A stretch of 64,000 nucleotides of DNA, taken from positions 496,001 through 560,000 of the forward strand of contig NIVC01000221.1 in assembly GCA_002269645.1 (NCBI GenBank). Direction: 5' to 3'. The position numbers and the translations under genes are program-made. Under the pieces are notes generated by a model. It saw only the letters and a program-made list of their open reading frames with translations. It searched no databases and was not told the DNA's origin. The stretch's first letter is position 1. Every line of letters begins with the position of its first letter. Positions 34,620 through 46,079 of this stretch are shown piece by piece. The DNA is from Macrostomum lignano (lineage: Eukaryota).

Positions 34620-35120
34620 CGTTATTAGAAAAGGACCTGTCCAAAGTGGCATTTGGGTTGGAAAATGTGGTTCGCTTCCTGTTCAAGTACAGTTGGAACT
34701 TTTATTGCGCTCTCCGTGATAAATTTGAATATGGAAATCTCTGATAAAGTCTTAATACTTTGGTCGCGCAAGAAATTTTTACAGGGCAGCCAATAACACA
34801 CCACAAAAATGCTGGTAGAGTCGCTCGCTTGGCGAGAAGAATAAATAGAAAGCTTATTATCAACATTTGAATATGATTGCAATTTCTAACAACTTCAACG
34901 CGTTTCGCACGCCATGGTGCATCGTCAGGATTTTATTAGAACGATTTGAGAAATTGAGATTGAAAGCGATTGATTAAATATTGGTTTTGCAACGTACACA
35001 GGTAAGGAGGGTAAGATTGAAAACAATTGATTACAACTTGGCTTTAACAACATACTATTAATTTAATGAAATTGCAATCATATTCAAATGTTGATATTAA
35101 GCTTTCTATTTATTCTTCAC
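34620..35120 (-). mobile_element. Penelope-like remnant with an inverted tail repeat of about 50 bp
   Basis: 34836-34886 inverted at about 35067-35117; tail AAATGTTGAT..TAAGCTTT resembles the 31.9-kb element; contains a hammerhead. Confidence 0.5.
34891..34934 (-). ncRNA. Minimal hammerhead ribozyme
   Basis: Minus strand ATC-CTGACGA-T-GCAC-CATGGC-GTGC-GAAAC-GC-GT-T-GA; G-C-closed stem II, weak stem I. Confidence 0.65.
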
Positions 35121-35777
35121 ACCACAAAAAGCAAAGTAACACATTGATGATATTTTATGAGGGCGAAATTCTTGAGAAGTGTCAGCAGTTGAAATCAGAA
35201 AGCCACCATTCCCTCCCTGATACCCCAGCTCTCTACAGATCGTATATTGCTCAAGCCAATTAAAAAAACAGTTCTGAACCAAATGCAAACTAATTTAAAG
35301 TTCGTAACAGAAAGACGTGCCGCAAATTAAATTTAAAATGAAACGCCGAAGGAATGATTTTCTAACGTTTTTTCTTTTCTAACGAAAATAAGAAACATAT
35401 CTGAGAGAACTGACCAGAAAAAGAATTATAAACATCAGACCACTGCTTCTGACTTTGTCTCTTACATTTAGTTTGCTTTGGAAAGTGCAATCTTGACTAT
35501 CCCCACTCAGCTTCACAGCTTCATTCAGACAAACTCTGTCTCAAATTTTTTCATTTTCAAGGACATGGGGAGACCGCCTAATGAAGAGTAGCTATGAAAA
35601 AATCTATGAAGGGAACTCTTACAGTTTTTGTAAAAAAGTTTAGCATTTATAAAAAGATACCACTTTGAACATGGGTGCGCCAGCGGGGCCTCAGATCCTT
35701 CAGATCCTGAAGTAGTGGTCTAGATCAGCTGAAATTAATAAGAAAACAGTGACAGAAGCACTTGTATAGTAAGAATC

Positions 35778-36014
<237 letters not shown>

Positions 36015-36349
36015 CGTTGCTGCTGCTCCCGATCCTATAGCTGGCGCGCGCGACACTCAACGTAAATTTCAGAAAAAAAGAATAGCGTCGGGTGCCTGTT
36101 AATTAGCAAAAGCTCTCTCTCTCTCTCAATGCTAATCAACAGCAAGGCCCCCGTGTAGCTTTGGAGATCCGCGTTGTCAGGAAACACACGGAGGGATTCA
36201 AAGGGGTGGGCTAGCACAACCACTTCTAGAAGAAGACTCAGCCAGCTAGTTAGGTAATAATGACAGTAGGCAGAGATGCCCAAAGGATTCTGGGATGCTT
36301 TTGTTTAACAATGTTTAACGAGAGACACTGCACTGCCATTGAAAAGGAT

Positions 36350-37790
36350 CCCTGCACCTTCCCTGCATCTTAGACACTTCTCCTTCCCTGCATCTTAGAC
36401 ACTGCTCCCTTCCCTGCATCTTAGACACTTCTCCTTCCCTGCATCTTAGACATTGCTCCCTTCCCTGCAACTTAGACACTGCTCCCTTCCCTGCATCTTA
36501 GACACTGCTCCCTTCCCTGCAACTTAGACACTGCTCCCTTCCCTGCATCTCAGACACTACTCCCTTCCCTGCATCTTAGACACTTCTCCTTCCCTGTATC
36601 TCCGACACTTCTCCTTCCCTGCATCTCAGACACTGCTCCTTCCCTGCATCTTAGACACTTCTCCTTCCCTGCATCTCAGACACTGCTCCCTTCCCTGCAT
36701 CTCAGACACTGCTCCCTACCTGCATCTCAGACGCTGCTCCCTTCCCTGCATCTCAGACACTGCTCCCTACCTGCATCTCAGTCACTGCTCCCTACCTGCA
36801 TGTCAGTCACTGCTCCATCCCTGCATCTCAGTCACTGCTCCCTCCCTGCATCTCAGTCACTGCTCCCTACCTGCATCTCAGTCACTTCTCCCTCCCTGCA
36901 TCTCAGTCACTGCTCCCTACCTGCATCTCAGACACTGCTCCCAACCTGCATCTTAGACACTGCTCCCTACCTGCATCTAAGACACTGCTCCCTACCTGCA
37001 TCTTAGACACTGCTCCCTACCTGCATCTCAGACACTGCTATCTCAGCCACTGCTCCCTTCCCTGCATCTCAGACACTGCTCCCTACCTGCATCTCAGACA
37101 CTGCTCCCTACCTGCATCTTAGACATTGCTCCCTTCCCTGCATCCTAGACACTGCTCCCTTCCCTGCATCTTAGACACTGCTCCCTACCTGCATCTTAGA
37201 CACTGCTCCCTACCTGCATCTCAGACACTGCTCCCTACCTGCATCTCAGACACTGCTCCCTACCTGCATCTCAGACACTGCTCCCTTCCCTGCATCTCAG
37301 ACACTGCTCCCTTCCTGCATCTCAGACGCTGCTCCCTTCCCTGCATCTCAGACACTGCTCCCTACCTGCATCTCAGACACTGCTCCCTACCTGCATCTCA
37401 GACACTGCTCCCTTCCCTGCATCTCAGACACTGCTCCCTACCTGCATCTCAGACACTGCTCCCTAGCATCTCAGACACTGCTCCCTTCCTGCATCTCAGA
37501 CACTGCTCCCTACCTGCATCTCAGACACTGCTCCCTTCCTGCATCTCAGACACTGCTCCCTACCTGCATCTCAGACACTGCTCCCTTCCTGCATCTCAGA
37601 CACTGCTCCCTACCTGCATCTCAGACACTGCTCCCTAGCATCTCAGACACTGCTCCCTTCCTGCATCTCAGACACTGCTCCCTACCTGCATCTCAGACAC
37701 TGCTCCCTAGCATCTCAGACACTGCTCCCTAGCATCTCAGACACTGCTCCCTAGCATCTCAGACACTGCTCTTTCCCTGCATCTCCGACA
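36350..37790. repeat. Minisatellite of about 25 bp CCTGCATCTCAGACACTGCTCCCTA (22- to 26-bp variants)
   Basis: About 1.4 kb of tandem units with blocks of variant types. Confidence 0.97.
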
Positions 37791-38061
37791 CTGCTACTCC
37801 ATACCAAAAAGCCATAAGGCTGCTAAGAATTCAGCCAATTCTGAAATCTGAGGCGTATTCAAACAGATATTTGTACCACGCCTGATGCAAAATTGAATAT
37901 TTAGAGCTTGTTTGTTTCTTTGAGACGATATATTCCATTAACATACTAGGGTTGAAGTTACATATCATAGTTAAAAAAATCAGTGACACAACAAGGCAAA
38001 ATAGTTAGGTTGTCAATCTTTAGGTGGAGATTTGCTGATAACAGCCGTTTGTTCCGGGCAC

Positions 38062-38590
38062 TCAGCCGAGCACGAAGAGAGTCCAGTCGGGTCCGGTCAG
38101 GCTGCCTGGCGGGTAGGCGAACGCCAGCAGGTGGCCGGCGAGCAGCCGCTGGAGAAAACAGCGGCCTGGCAGTCGGCTTTGGCGCTGCACTGGGCCAGGC
38201 AGTCCATGACGGATGTGGTAGGAGCCGGCCAGGACGAGGTCTTGCTGGTCACCACAGTGAGGATCAGATTCAGATTATGTTTTAGATAATTTTTTATATT
38301 CGTGACACCTAATTACACGTAGGTGCAAAATTATTCGTTTTCAACTTACTCGGATAGGTCAAAGCGAACACGGAGTTGATGGCGAAACCTCCGCAAGTCT
38401 GCAGCGAGTTTCCAGCGCACTGCTTGTTGAAGTGGCTCTCGCCAAGCTTTCCATGCAATCCGTAGCTTGTGCCGCAGAAGCAGAACTTCGTGCTTTGCAC
38501 TCCAAAGTAGGGGAAGCCGCCCAGAGAGCAGAGGTCGCTGCAGAAGTTGAGCGACATGTTTTCAGGGTTCTTTATTAATCCGATATTCTA
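38062..38590 (-). pseudogene. Diverged, damaged WSC-PAN paralog (gene E)
   Basis: MSLNFCSDLC..FPYFGVQ..FCFCG...CAGNSLQTCGGFAINSVF, phase-1 donor A|GTAAG at 38349; downstream MDCLAQCSAKADCQAAVF then frameshift to HLLAF; one WSC Cys changed to Phe; 5' part not found. Confidence 0.7.
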
Positions 38591-40879
38591 ATAGAAGCAT
38601 TCTAATGAGCTAAGGGGGCTTTGGTAACTTACGTGAATTACAATTTATATACTCGTAAGATCATGTACAAAAATACGATGCGTAAAGTCAGGACTAAGAC
38701 TCCCGATCATCATGTTTCAATGGTTTAGTTGTAGCTGTACTTTTCTTTTGCATTGCTTGTTTGTGTGTGTTGTTTGTTAGCCGCATGGATCTTAAGCGGC
38801 CTCAGAATGCCATCGAAGTATATTTCTTTGAAAAAAAATTACGTTAAACCTCTCCACAGCTTTCTTTCGCGGTTAGGATGGACAAAATATCTTCTTCGAA
38901 TGCAAATCTACTCAGTGCAGTTCAGATGTTTCCATTTTGTTCAGAGGTCTTGAAAAATCCCAGCTTTCTAAAAGGCCGAAAAATGCAAGCCAGCTTCTAA
39001 TCTTTCTGGTGTTCCTGCATTGCATTGAATTGTATGGGTGATTGAAGTCGTTTTTGTGGCAATATAAATACTCATATTTAATACAGTAAAAAATGTGAAT
39101 TGTGTGTTTGTACAATCCCCAGCTGAAAAGTCCTCTAGTTAGTGCAGCGCTAGACTAGACAGAGTTCCATCTTCGGCTGTAGGCAACTCCAGAGCTTGGG
39201 GAAGCTCTCCCAGTCATCTGGGCGGGGCCTCTGCCTCTTTAGAGGGGGAAATGACAATGCGCTTTGCTCATAAGGGGTGGGTTGCAGCCTCCGTTGTCCC
39301 CTTTAGCGGCCCAAGGACCAACAAAAGCAACTTTAGCAGCTGGAGAAGAGAAGGCTTCAACGATTGTCTTGAGTGCAGAGAGGCAGCTTCTGCTTTCAGA
39401 TCGATAGCTGCCAATCAGTTTCTTGACAGTAGCTTTAACTATAAGACCTGCGCGAATGACAATGGGAAAAAAGTCTACTTCAGTCAAAAAAGCTCCAGAA
39501 ATGCTTGCTACTTGCAAGCATGATGATGTTTCTGCTGAAAAGGCTGGGCATGTGCTGCTAAGTGAAGTTGGTGCTGAAGTCACTCACACTGATGTGGCAC
39601 AATTGAGAAGATGCGCAGTGAGGACAATGTAGAGGATAAAAGGCTAGCATACACCCTGTGATGAAGTTGTTTCTGCTGTGAAGCAAATGGAGACTTTATT
39701 TATGTTTCTGAGTGAGAGTCTGGATCTCTCCATCAGAAATAAAAGCAAGCCTGATTGCGATTGCAATCATTGATGCAAGAGTCGAAGGAGAATTTCTTGA
39801 AGAAATGAGATGGTTGGTTTTGGTTTGTTCTGTTTTTATGGCTTATTTCCTTAGTTTATTTCCTCTACATTGACTGCTACAAGAGCTCTTACATTAATTC
39901 AGTTTTTTCATTGATTTTCTATAGCCAGGCTGTTCACCTAAAATGATGAGAATTGAGAATTTTCATAAAGTTTCATAAATTTAATTTGTACTACTCAGAA
40001 TTTGAACAACACAAGTAGGCTGCGCGAATTTGAATTCCTGTTGTATTAGAAACACTTATTGAGTATTCTGTAGATATTCTGTGCCGCCTAATTAGCTTTA
40101 ATTAAAAAAGACTGCTCAATAGATTTAAGATTGATCAAATCAGTTTTAAAATTGTGTGTGAACCGATTTGTTGCTGAGATTTCGACTCTAAAAAGCCGAA
40201 AGACGATATGCTTTGATTTTAAAGTATTTTACTGACGTATTGCGTACCAGTATTTCCGAGAAAAAATAATAAAATATGTCAATTTTAATTTGCGTTTTAG
40301 AGGATTGGCTTATTTTATCAAGAAAGCAGCTTCTCATAGATACATGAGTCACCGATGCCTTATAGAAACATTGTACAGATTTTACGGTGAGACAACGACT
40401 GAAGAAGAAACCCACACTGGATCTTTGACACTCATTTCGGCGACACAACGCATAGACACAGACACAGTCGCATGAAGCAATAGCTGTTTTTAATTCTTAT
40501 ATTTTTCTTTTTTAGGCTGGGTTTTTAGGCTTTATTGAATTAGTCCAATAAAATATTGATCTTGCAATAACGCATTCTCATACTTTTCTGCTCTGATTAA
40601 GTCGCAAATGCAACTTTTTACATAGATTTGTGCTTTTTAACTGAGTTAATTGCATGATATTATATTCTTTGTCACACTATTCACAGTTCTCTAAGCTTTG
40701 ATCTCCAGTTTTTGTAACTTCCGGAAGATGGCTTGTTCAGTGTCAGGTAACACAATTTAGGATTCTATATGAACTGCATTAGAACAGTTTTCGCACAACT
40801 CTACATGCAAATCTACTGTGTTCTACGTGCCGGTGTGTTTGATTCATGCTGTTTCCTAAAAGCTTCATGTCATGGGAAG

Positions 40880-42978
40880 ATCATGCTTCAGGGGATTTTG
40901 CGGCACGGAATGTGACTGGGACGAGCCGATCGATTCGAAGATGGCGCGCGGAGAAGGCATCCTAATGGATGAGCGAACTTTCAGTTCTTCAGGAAGTCTG
41001 AATCCATAAGGCGGTCAAGCGAATATGCACACTTTCATGGACGCTTCTCAAGATGCGTACGGAGCTGTAGTCTAATGCCGAGGCCACAATATGGATGAGG
41101 AAGTAACGCTGAGCTTCGTAGCCTAAAAGTCGAAGATAGCCCCGCTATTGACTGTCAGCGTCTTGTGGCTTGAGTTGATGGTCGTGGTGCTGGGAGTTCT
41201 GCTGACCAAGACAATCGCCGAGGCTCTGGATGTCCATGTCCAGATAGTCTCGGAAGGACCGATAGTCAGAACGTCCTGTAATGGATATGAAACCGGAGCC
41301 GTGCGGTCAAGCTGTTTGTTGCCCACCGAATCGCACTGATTCAGCAGTAGAGATACCTGCCGACAAATTTAAATCCAGCGGACATTGTCTCCAGAGGCTG
41401 CAGTGCTTCCGAGTTGCCGAAGTTGCGATTGTGGTTCCAAGGACCAGAGTTGCTGTAGCAGAATGAAGAATGTTGGCCGGAGATATGGATTCCATTAATG
41501 CCGGAGGACGCAGAGGCTTCCAAGAGGCGTAAAGGTGTGGTCGCCATGGGAGCAGCGTCAGGAGTTGACATTCGTCGCGGAAGCGGAGACAACGGACAAA
41601 GGATGGTGATTGGAACCAACTTTATTCTCTGACTTCAAAAGACTGCAGCGAGTCATGGCTTATGTGCTGCGCTTCTTGTGAGGAACTGGCGGAAAAGTCC
41701 AGGGTTTCGAGAGAGCGGCAAGCTGTAGACGGACGAGTTTGGAAGATGTGGAAGAACAGCTCGTGAAATCCGCACAGGATAAAAGCATTCACCCGACAAA
41801 GGCTGCGGTGACAAGAAGCTGCACTGCTTGCAGCCCGTGATGGATCCGTCTGGAATGTGAAAGTCGACGGTCGCCTGAAGTTCGGACAGCAGTTACCGTT
41901 TGAGGCGAGACACCCAGCGATTCTGCCGAGAAAGCACTGGATCGGATGACTAAGCTGCTGATCAAGAAATTTCATGAGGAGCGAGCACAAAGAGGCACAA
42001 ACGATGTCTTGGCCGCGATTGCATCAAAGTATTGGATCATCGGAGCCAGAGAAGCGATTCGTCAGTGGGAGCTCGAGCACGTCCCGCAACGCAGAAGATG
42101 GCACCGCTGCCAGAGGCGCGTCTTGCGTTCTCACTCAAAGCATTCACGCGGTTGACGTGGCTGTTGACATGGGAGGTCGTTCACGATTGTTCAAAGGCGA
42201 GTCAATTGATCTTTTCACGTGGCTTGAGACACGCGCTGTGCATTTAGAGATGACCTTCGGGTTCGACACTGACTCGTCTTTAATGTTTTATTCCGAATGG
42301 GCAACCGTCGAGACTGTCAAAGGTCATGTACTCGGACAACGGTGGAAACTTCGTAAGAGGAGACGAGGAGCTCAAAAAGCTGGAGAGTGTGAACAAGGCC
42401 AAATGGCAGAAACAGACAGCAATGCATGGAGTGAGATGGAGCTTTCAGCTGCCGGCAGCACCGCATTTTGTTGGAGCTCATGAAATAATGATCCTCACAA
42501 AAAATCGGGAACTGAGCGCGATCCTCGGCAACGTGGATGTTAACGATGAGGAGTTGCATTCAGCGATCACCGGAGCAGAGACGCTTATTAGCTCGCGCCC
42601 AATCACGTACCAGACGGCTAACCCGATGGACGAGGCACAGTCAACACCCAATCATTTGCTGATTGGAGGATGTAGCGATCAATCCAACAAAGCTTAGGCG
42701 ACGGGCGTAGGATCTCTTGACAATGGATGCGAGAGTGGCTACCCGGCCTGCAGCCGAGGTCCAAGTGGATCGAACAGCAGAGAAGCTTGAAAGTAGATGA
42801 CGTAGTGCTGGTGGTCAAGCCCGACGCACCTCAAGGTCACTGGCCGCTAGGACGAGTGGTTTCGGTCTTCCCGGGTCAAGACGGTCGCGTGCGAGTGGCC
42901 AAGGTTCAACTCGGTCAGGCTGTGCTGGTGTGGCCTGTGTCTGAGCTGTGTGTCATTGAGACAGTAAGAACTGAGTAA
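40880..42978 (+). mobile_element. Degenerate BEL/Pao pol fragment (RNase H + integrase)
   Basis: FMDASQDAYGAV, SKIAPL, RAVHLE, YSDNGGNF, PAAPHF, SRPITY, TPNHLL, WPLGRV...GQDGRVRVAKV; many frameshifts. Confidence 0.88.
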
Positions 42979-44924
42979 CTGATTGTGGCAGAGACTATGA
43001 CAGAAAAACTGATTGTAAACCTTAGTTTTGAGCGTTTTGCTAGGTCTGACGTGCCCAAGAAGTATTTTTGTTAATTTTCCATAATTTTTGCTGCTTTTTT
43101 ATTACTTCTGTTGTTTTGCTGCTGCAAGCTGATGCGATCTTTCTGAATTTTTTTCTGGTGGAGCTTTTCCCTTTGCACTGTGTCGTTCTCTTTTTTGACT
43201 GATTTTTCATATATGTTTTCTAAACCGGTTACGTGTAACTTTGAGCCGCAATTCTTTTCAGGTTGGTCCGATTGTTTTTTGTGGAGATTGTTACACGAAG
43301 AGAGAGTTTTTTTACATATGAATTATTGAGGTTGTTTACCAGCAGTCCGTTGTTTCACACAAAGATTCCTGCTTCGTGATGAATTTTTTTAGCGCGTTTT
43401 TTGTCATTTTTCTCTTGCTAGTGGAGGACTGAACTCAATTAAGCTTGCTAAATTATTCAATTTTCGGTTACTCGACGCAGCGATATTGCTGCTTTTCAGT
43501 TTTCCTCTGGCTGCTGACATTTCATGTCACGAAGAGGTGCGTTGGCAAAAGAATTTAATATTTATTTCTACTAAGGATGTTAATTATTAATTAATTAATT
43601 ACTGAGGCCTGTTAGTATCGACAGAAATTTAAATCTTTCCAATTTAAAAAAAACAAATACGATCGCACAAGGTCAATAATAAGCGGATTCGAGGCCGACA
43701 AAAGCGTCAGATCTCGGGTACAGGTTTTTTATTGGTGCAGCTGCGGTCAGATCCAAACCAATGTACTGAAGTCTATAACTATTTGAACCCCCGCTAAAAC
43801 AATGCAATACGAGAACGATTAAGAAGGATTCAGCGAAAACAGGTGACGGCAGCCGGTTGTTTATGAAGTTTTGACCTTGTGAAGTTTCGAGCGAGTTCAA
43901 GTAGCTTGTACAGTGTAGAGAATTCGCATCGGTCGAAGGTCGAAGATAGGAGATACTTGAGAAAAACCTGAAAATAGATCAGCTTTGATGCTTCTTTAAC
44001 CTCATCTTTTCCGTCTTTGATGCTTGTTGGCCAACCCCCAAGGCATAGAGAGTGTACATGCTTTCAGTGTGGCCTTCGGGGTCGCTGTGTACCCTGTGCA
44101 TGTCTGCTTACAGTATTGTCAATGCACGAACGGGATTAATAGTTTGACTCCAAGCCTTGTAAACATCCCTGAAATTGGTTTTAATGCCTCGCATTGGAAC
44201 CAATATTAGTAACAGTGGATATATCATTTTGGCTCGCATCGTATTCACATTTTCCGTCCTGTTTTGTACAAAGAGAATTGAGGACTTCTTAGCTTGAAAG
44301 AATAGCTACTCAAATCATCTCTTGTCATAAAAGGAATTTTAATGTATAACATTTGGGCCAGCGGGCAAAGATTCAAAGCTCTTTATTCACCTCTCTTTAG
44401 CTGCTTAGGTGCCTCCGATGTTCTCCGGTCCAGCCGTTGTCAAGGACCACGAAGGCTCAATTGCAATTGCAGAGGAGTATGCTGCAGCTAAAGATTGGGA
44501 TGGAATACACAGAATATTCTCTCTATCATTTAAGCTCAGCTGGAAAGCTTATAGCCAACCAATTCTACAGTTGTAAAGGGTGGAAAGAGTGCTATTGATT
44601 TATGAGCTTCACAGTTGAACTTCATTGTTAGTTTCTTCTGATCCCGTAAAATCGACGAACAAACTTATCCCCCATTGCTCCCAGCAGCTCAATAACTAAA
44701 AGAACTGAAGATAAAAGGAAGAAAGGAAACCTTCAGTATTTTCCAGGAAGGAAAAATTTATTCGAATTTTCTCTTACAAGGTCGTAGGATGTAGATCTTA
44801 AAAGTAACTTTGTTTGACCAAGAAGCAACACAGGATGGTTGCTCATATAGTTCCGGCTTTGTGTCTGATTTGTTAAGTAAAGCAGATTGAAGCCTAAAAG
44901 GCAACTACAAAAAGCTTTTCAGTT

Positions 44925-46079
44925 TTACTCGTTAGTAAAGCAACAATTTTTGTGCCTCTGCTGCATTCGGATGTCAAGTTCCGCACAAGTTCTCCAACTG
45001 CAGGAGCTCAGTGACTGTAAGAGCCTCCTTGGCGACGGCATAGCAGATGAAGCGACCCCGAAGGGCGTGAGATGAACTGCTATGATAGCCCAGACGCAGG
45101 CAAAGCGGAGCTCCAGAGTAAGTGCTGGACTGAGGTTAGGAGTTTGCAGAAACGCGCCATCTTTGTAGAAGTTGCTCAGGGTGTTGCCAACAAACACGGC
45201 TGCCACAGAAGCCGGTTGTAAACTATTATCGTTCAAAAACACATTGCTGATTGATTCGCGAAGCAACTGGTAATTGTTTTGGTTTGCGGCAGCTGGGAAG
45301 GCGTGCACAACCCGAAGTCGTCCTCCGTTGTCGCTGAACTCTCCCCGATTAAGAGCCGACGTGGAACAGTCATGAAAGTAGTGATAGGTCTGGTGGTTTG
45401 GGTCGTTTCGCATGAGTCTCACGTAGAACGTGAACGATTTCGGGTGACTCAGATAAGTAGACGCCAGGTTGTTACCATCGGTGTCAACTTCGATATAGTC
45501 GTTATTGTTTCCACCAGGGAAGGTGACTCCCTCGCTGTTTTGACTGACGGCACCGTGGGGACTGGCGGCGTACTTTGCAGGATTGACAAGGTTTGTGTAG
45601 CCCTGCCTGAAGTCGAATAGGATGACCAGCTTTGAGACCAGAATGCCCAGGCCCTGGACTGCCGCATTGATTGTTGTGGCCGCAGATTGACTCAGAGTTG
45701 TCGTCACGGGGGCTACCGTTGTTTCAGTTGTTATCAGTGCATCTCCGTTGTTGGAAACTTTGACAAGGACTTTACAAACGGTTGGAATGGACGAATTCGA
45801 CGTTGAGATAAGTTCACTAGCTTGTTGGCTGTTTCCTAAATAGCAAATGCCGTCTTCACTTCGGTAGATGACAGAACAGTTGCTATCGAGTCCACACACC
45901 AAAGCACATTCTTCTACCGATCGAAATTCTTTGACCTTTTTTAGCATAGCAATGGTTGAATTTCCCGGGCAAGTTGGCACGATTTTGAATCGAACCCGAT
46001 TACTCTCCGAGCAGTTGCTGGCCGAAGTTTCGGCAGTCAACCAGAACAGAATCAGCAGCAGTATGAGATTAGTAGCCAT
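44925..46079 (-). CDS. Secreted PAN + Thr-rich linker + LamG/ConA-like protein, copy 1, frameshifted near the 3' end
   Basis: Signal MATNLILLLILFWLTAETSA; ECALVCGLDSNCSVIY...CYL; KLVILFDFRQGYTNLV shared with copy 2; the paralog-matching C-terminus is in another frame ending at 44974. Confidence 0.75.
   Translation of the reverse strand: MATNLILLLILFWLTAETSASNCSESNRVRFKIVPTCPGNSTIAMLKKVKEFRSVEECALVCGLDSNCSVIYRSEDGICYLGNSQQASELISTSNSSIPTVCKVLVKVSNNGDALITTETTVAPVTTTLSQSAATTINAAVQGLGILVSKLVILFDFRQGYTNLVNPAKYAASPHGAVSQNSEGVTFPGGNNNDYIEVDTDGNNLASTYLSHPKSFTFYVRLMRNDPNHQTYHYFHDCSTSALNRGEFSDNGGRLRVVHAFPAAANQNNYQLLRESISNVFLNDNSLQPASVAAVFVGNTLSNFYKDGAFLQTPNLSPALTLELRFACVWAIIAVHLTPFGVASSAMPSPRRLLQSLSSCSWRTCAELDIRMQQRHKNCCFTNE

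Noticed and set aside
36800-37638. Cys/His/Leu-repeat ORFs
   Set aside because: Products of a minisatellite with non-triplet, variable unit lengths
38780-38830. YFDGILRPL as the missing 5' WSC exon of gene E
   Set aside because: Similarity too weak; no signal peptide or clear splice donor
39239-40480. Several overlapping short ORFs that might be decayed exons
   Set aside because: Stops in every frame and no identifiable motif
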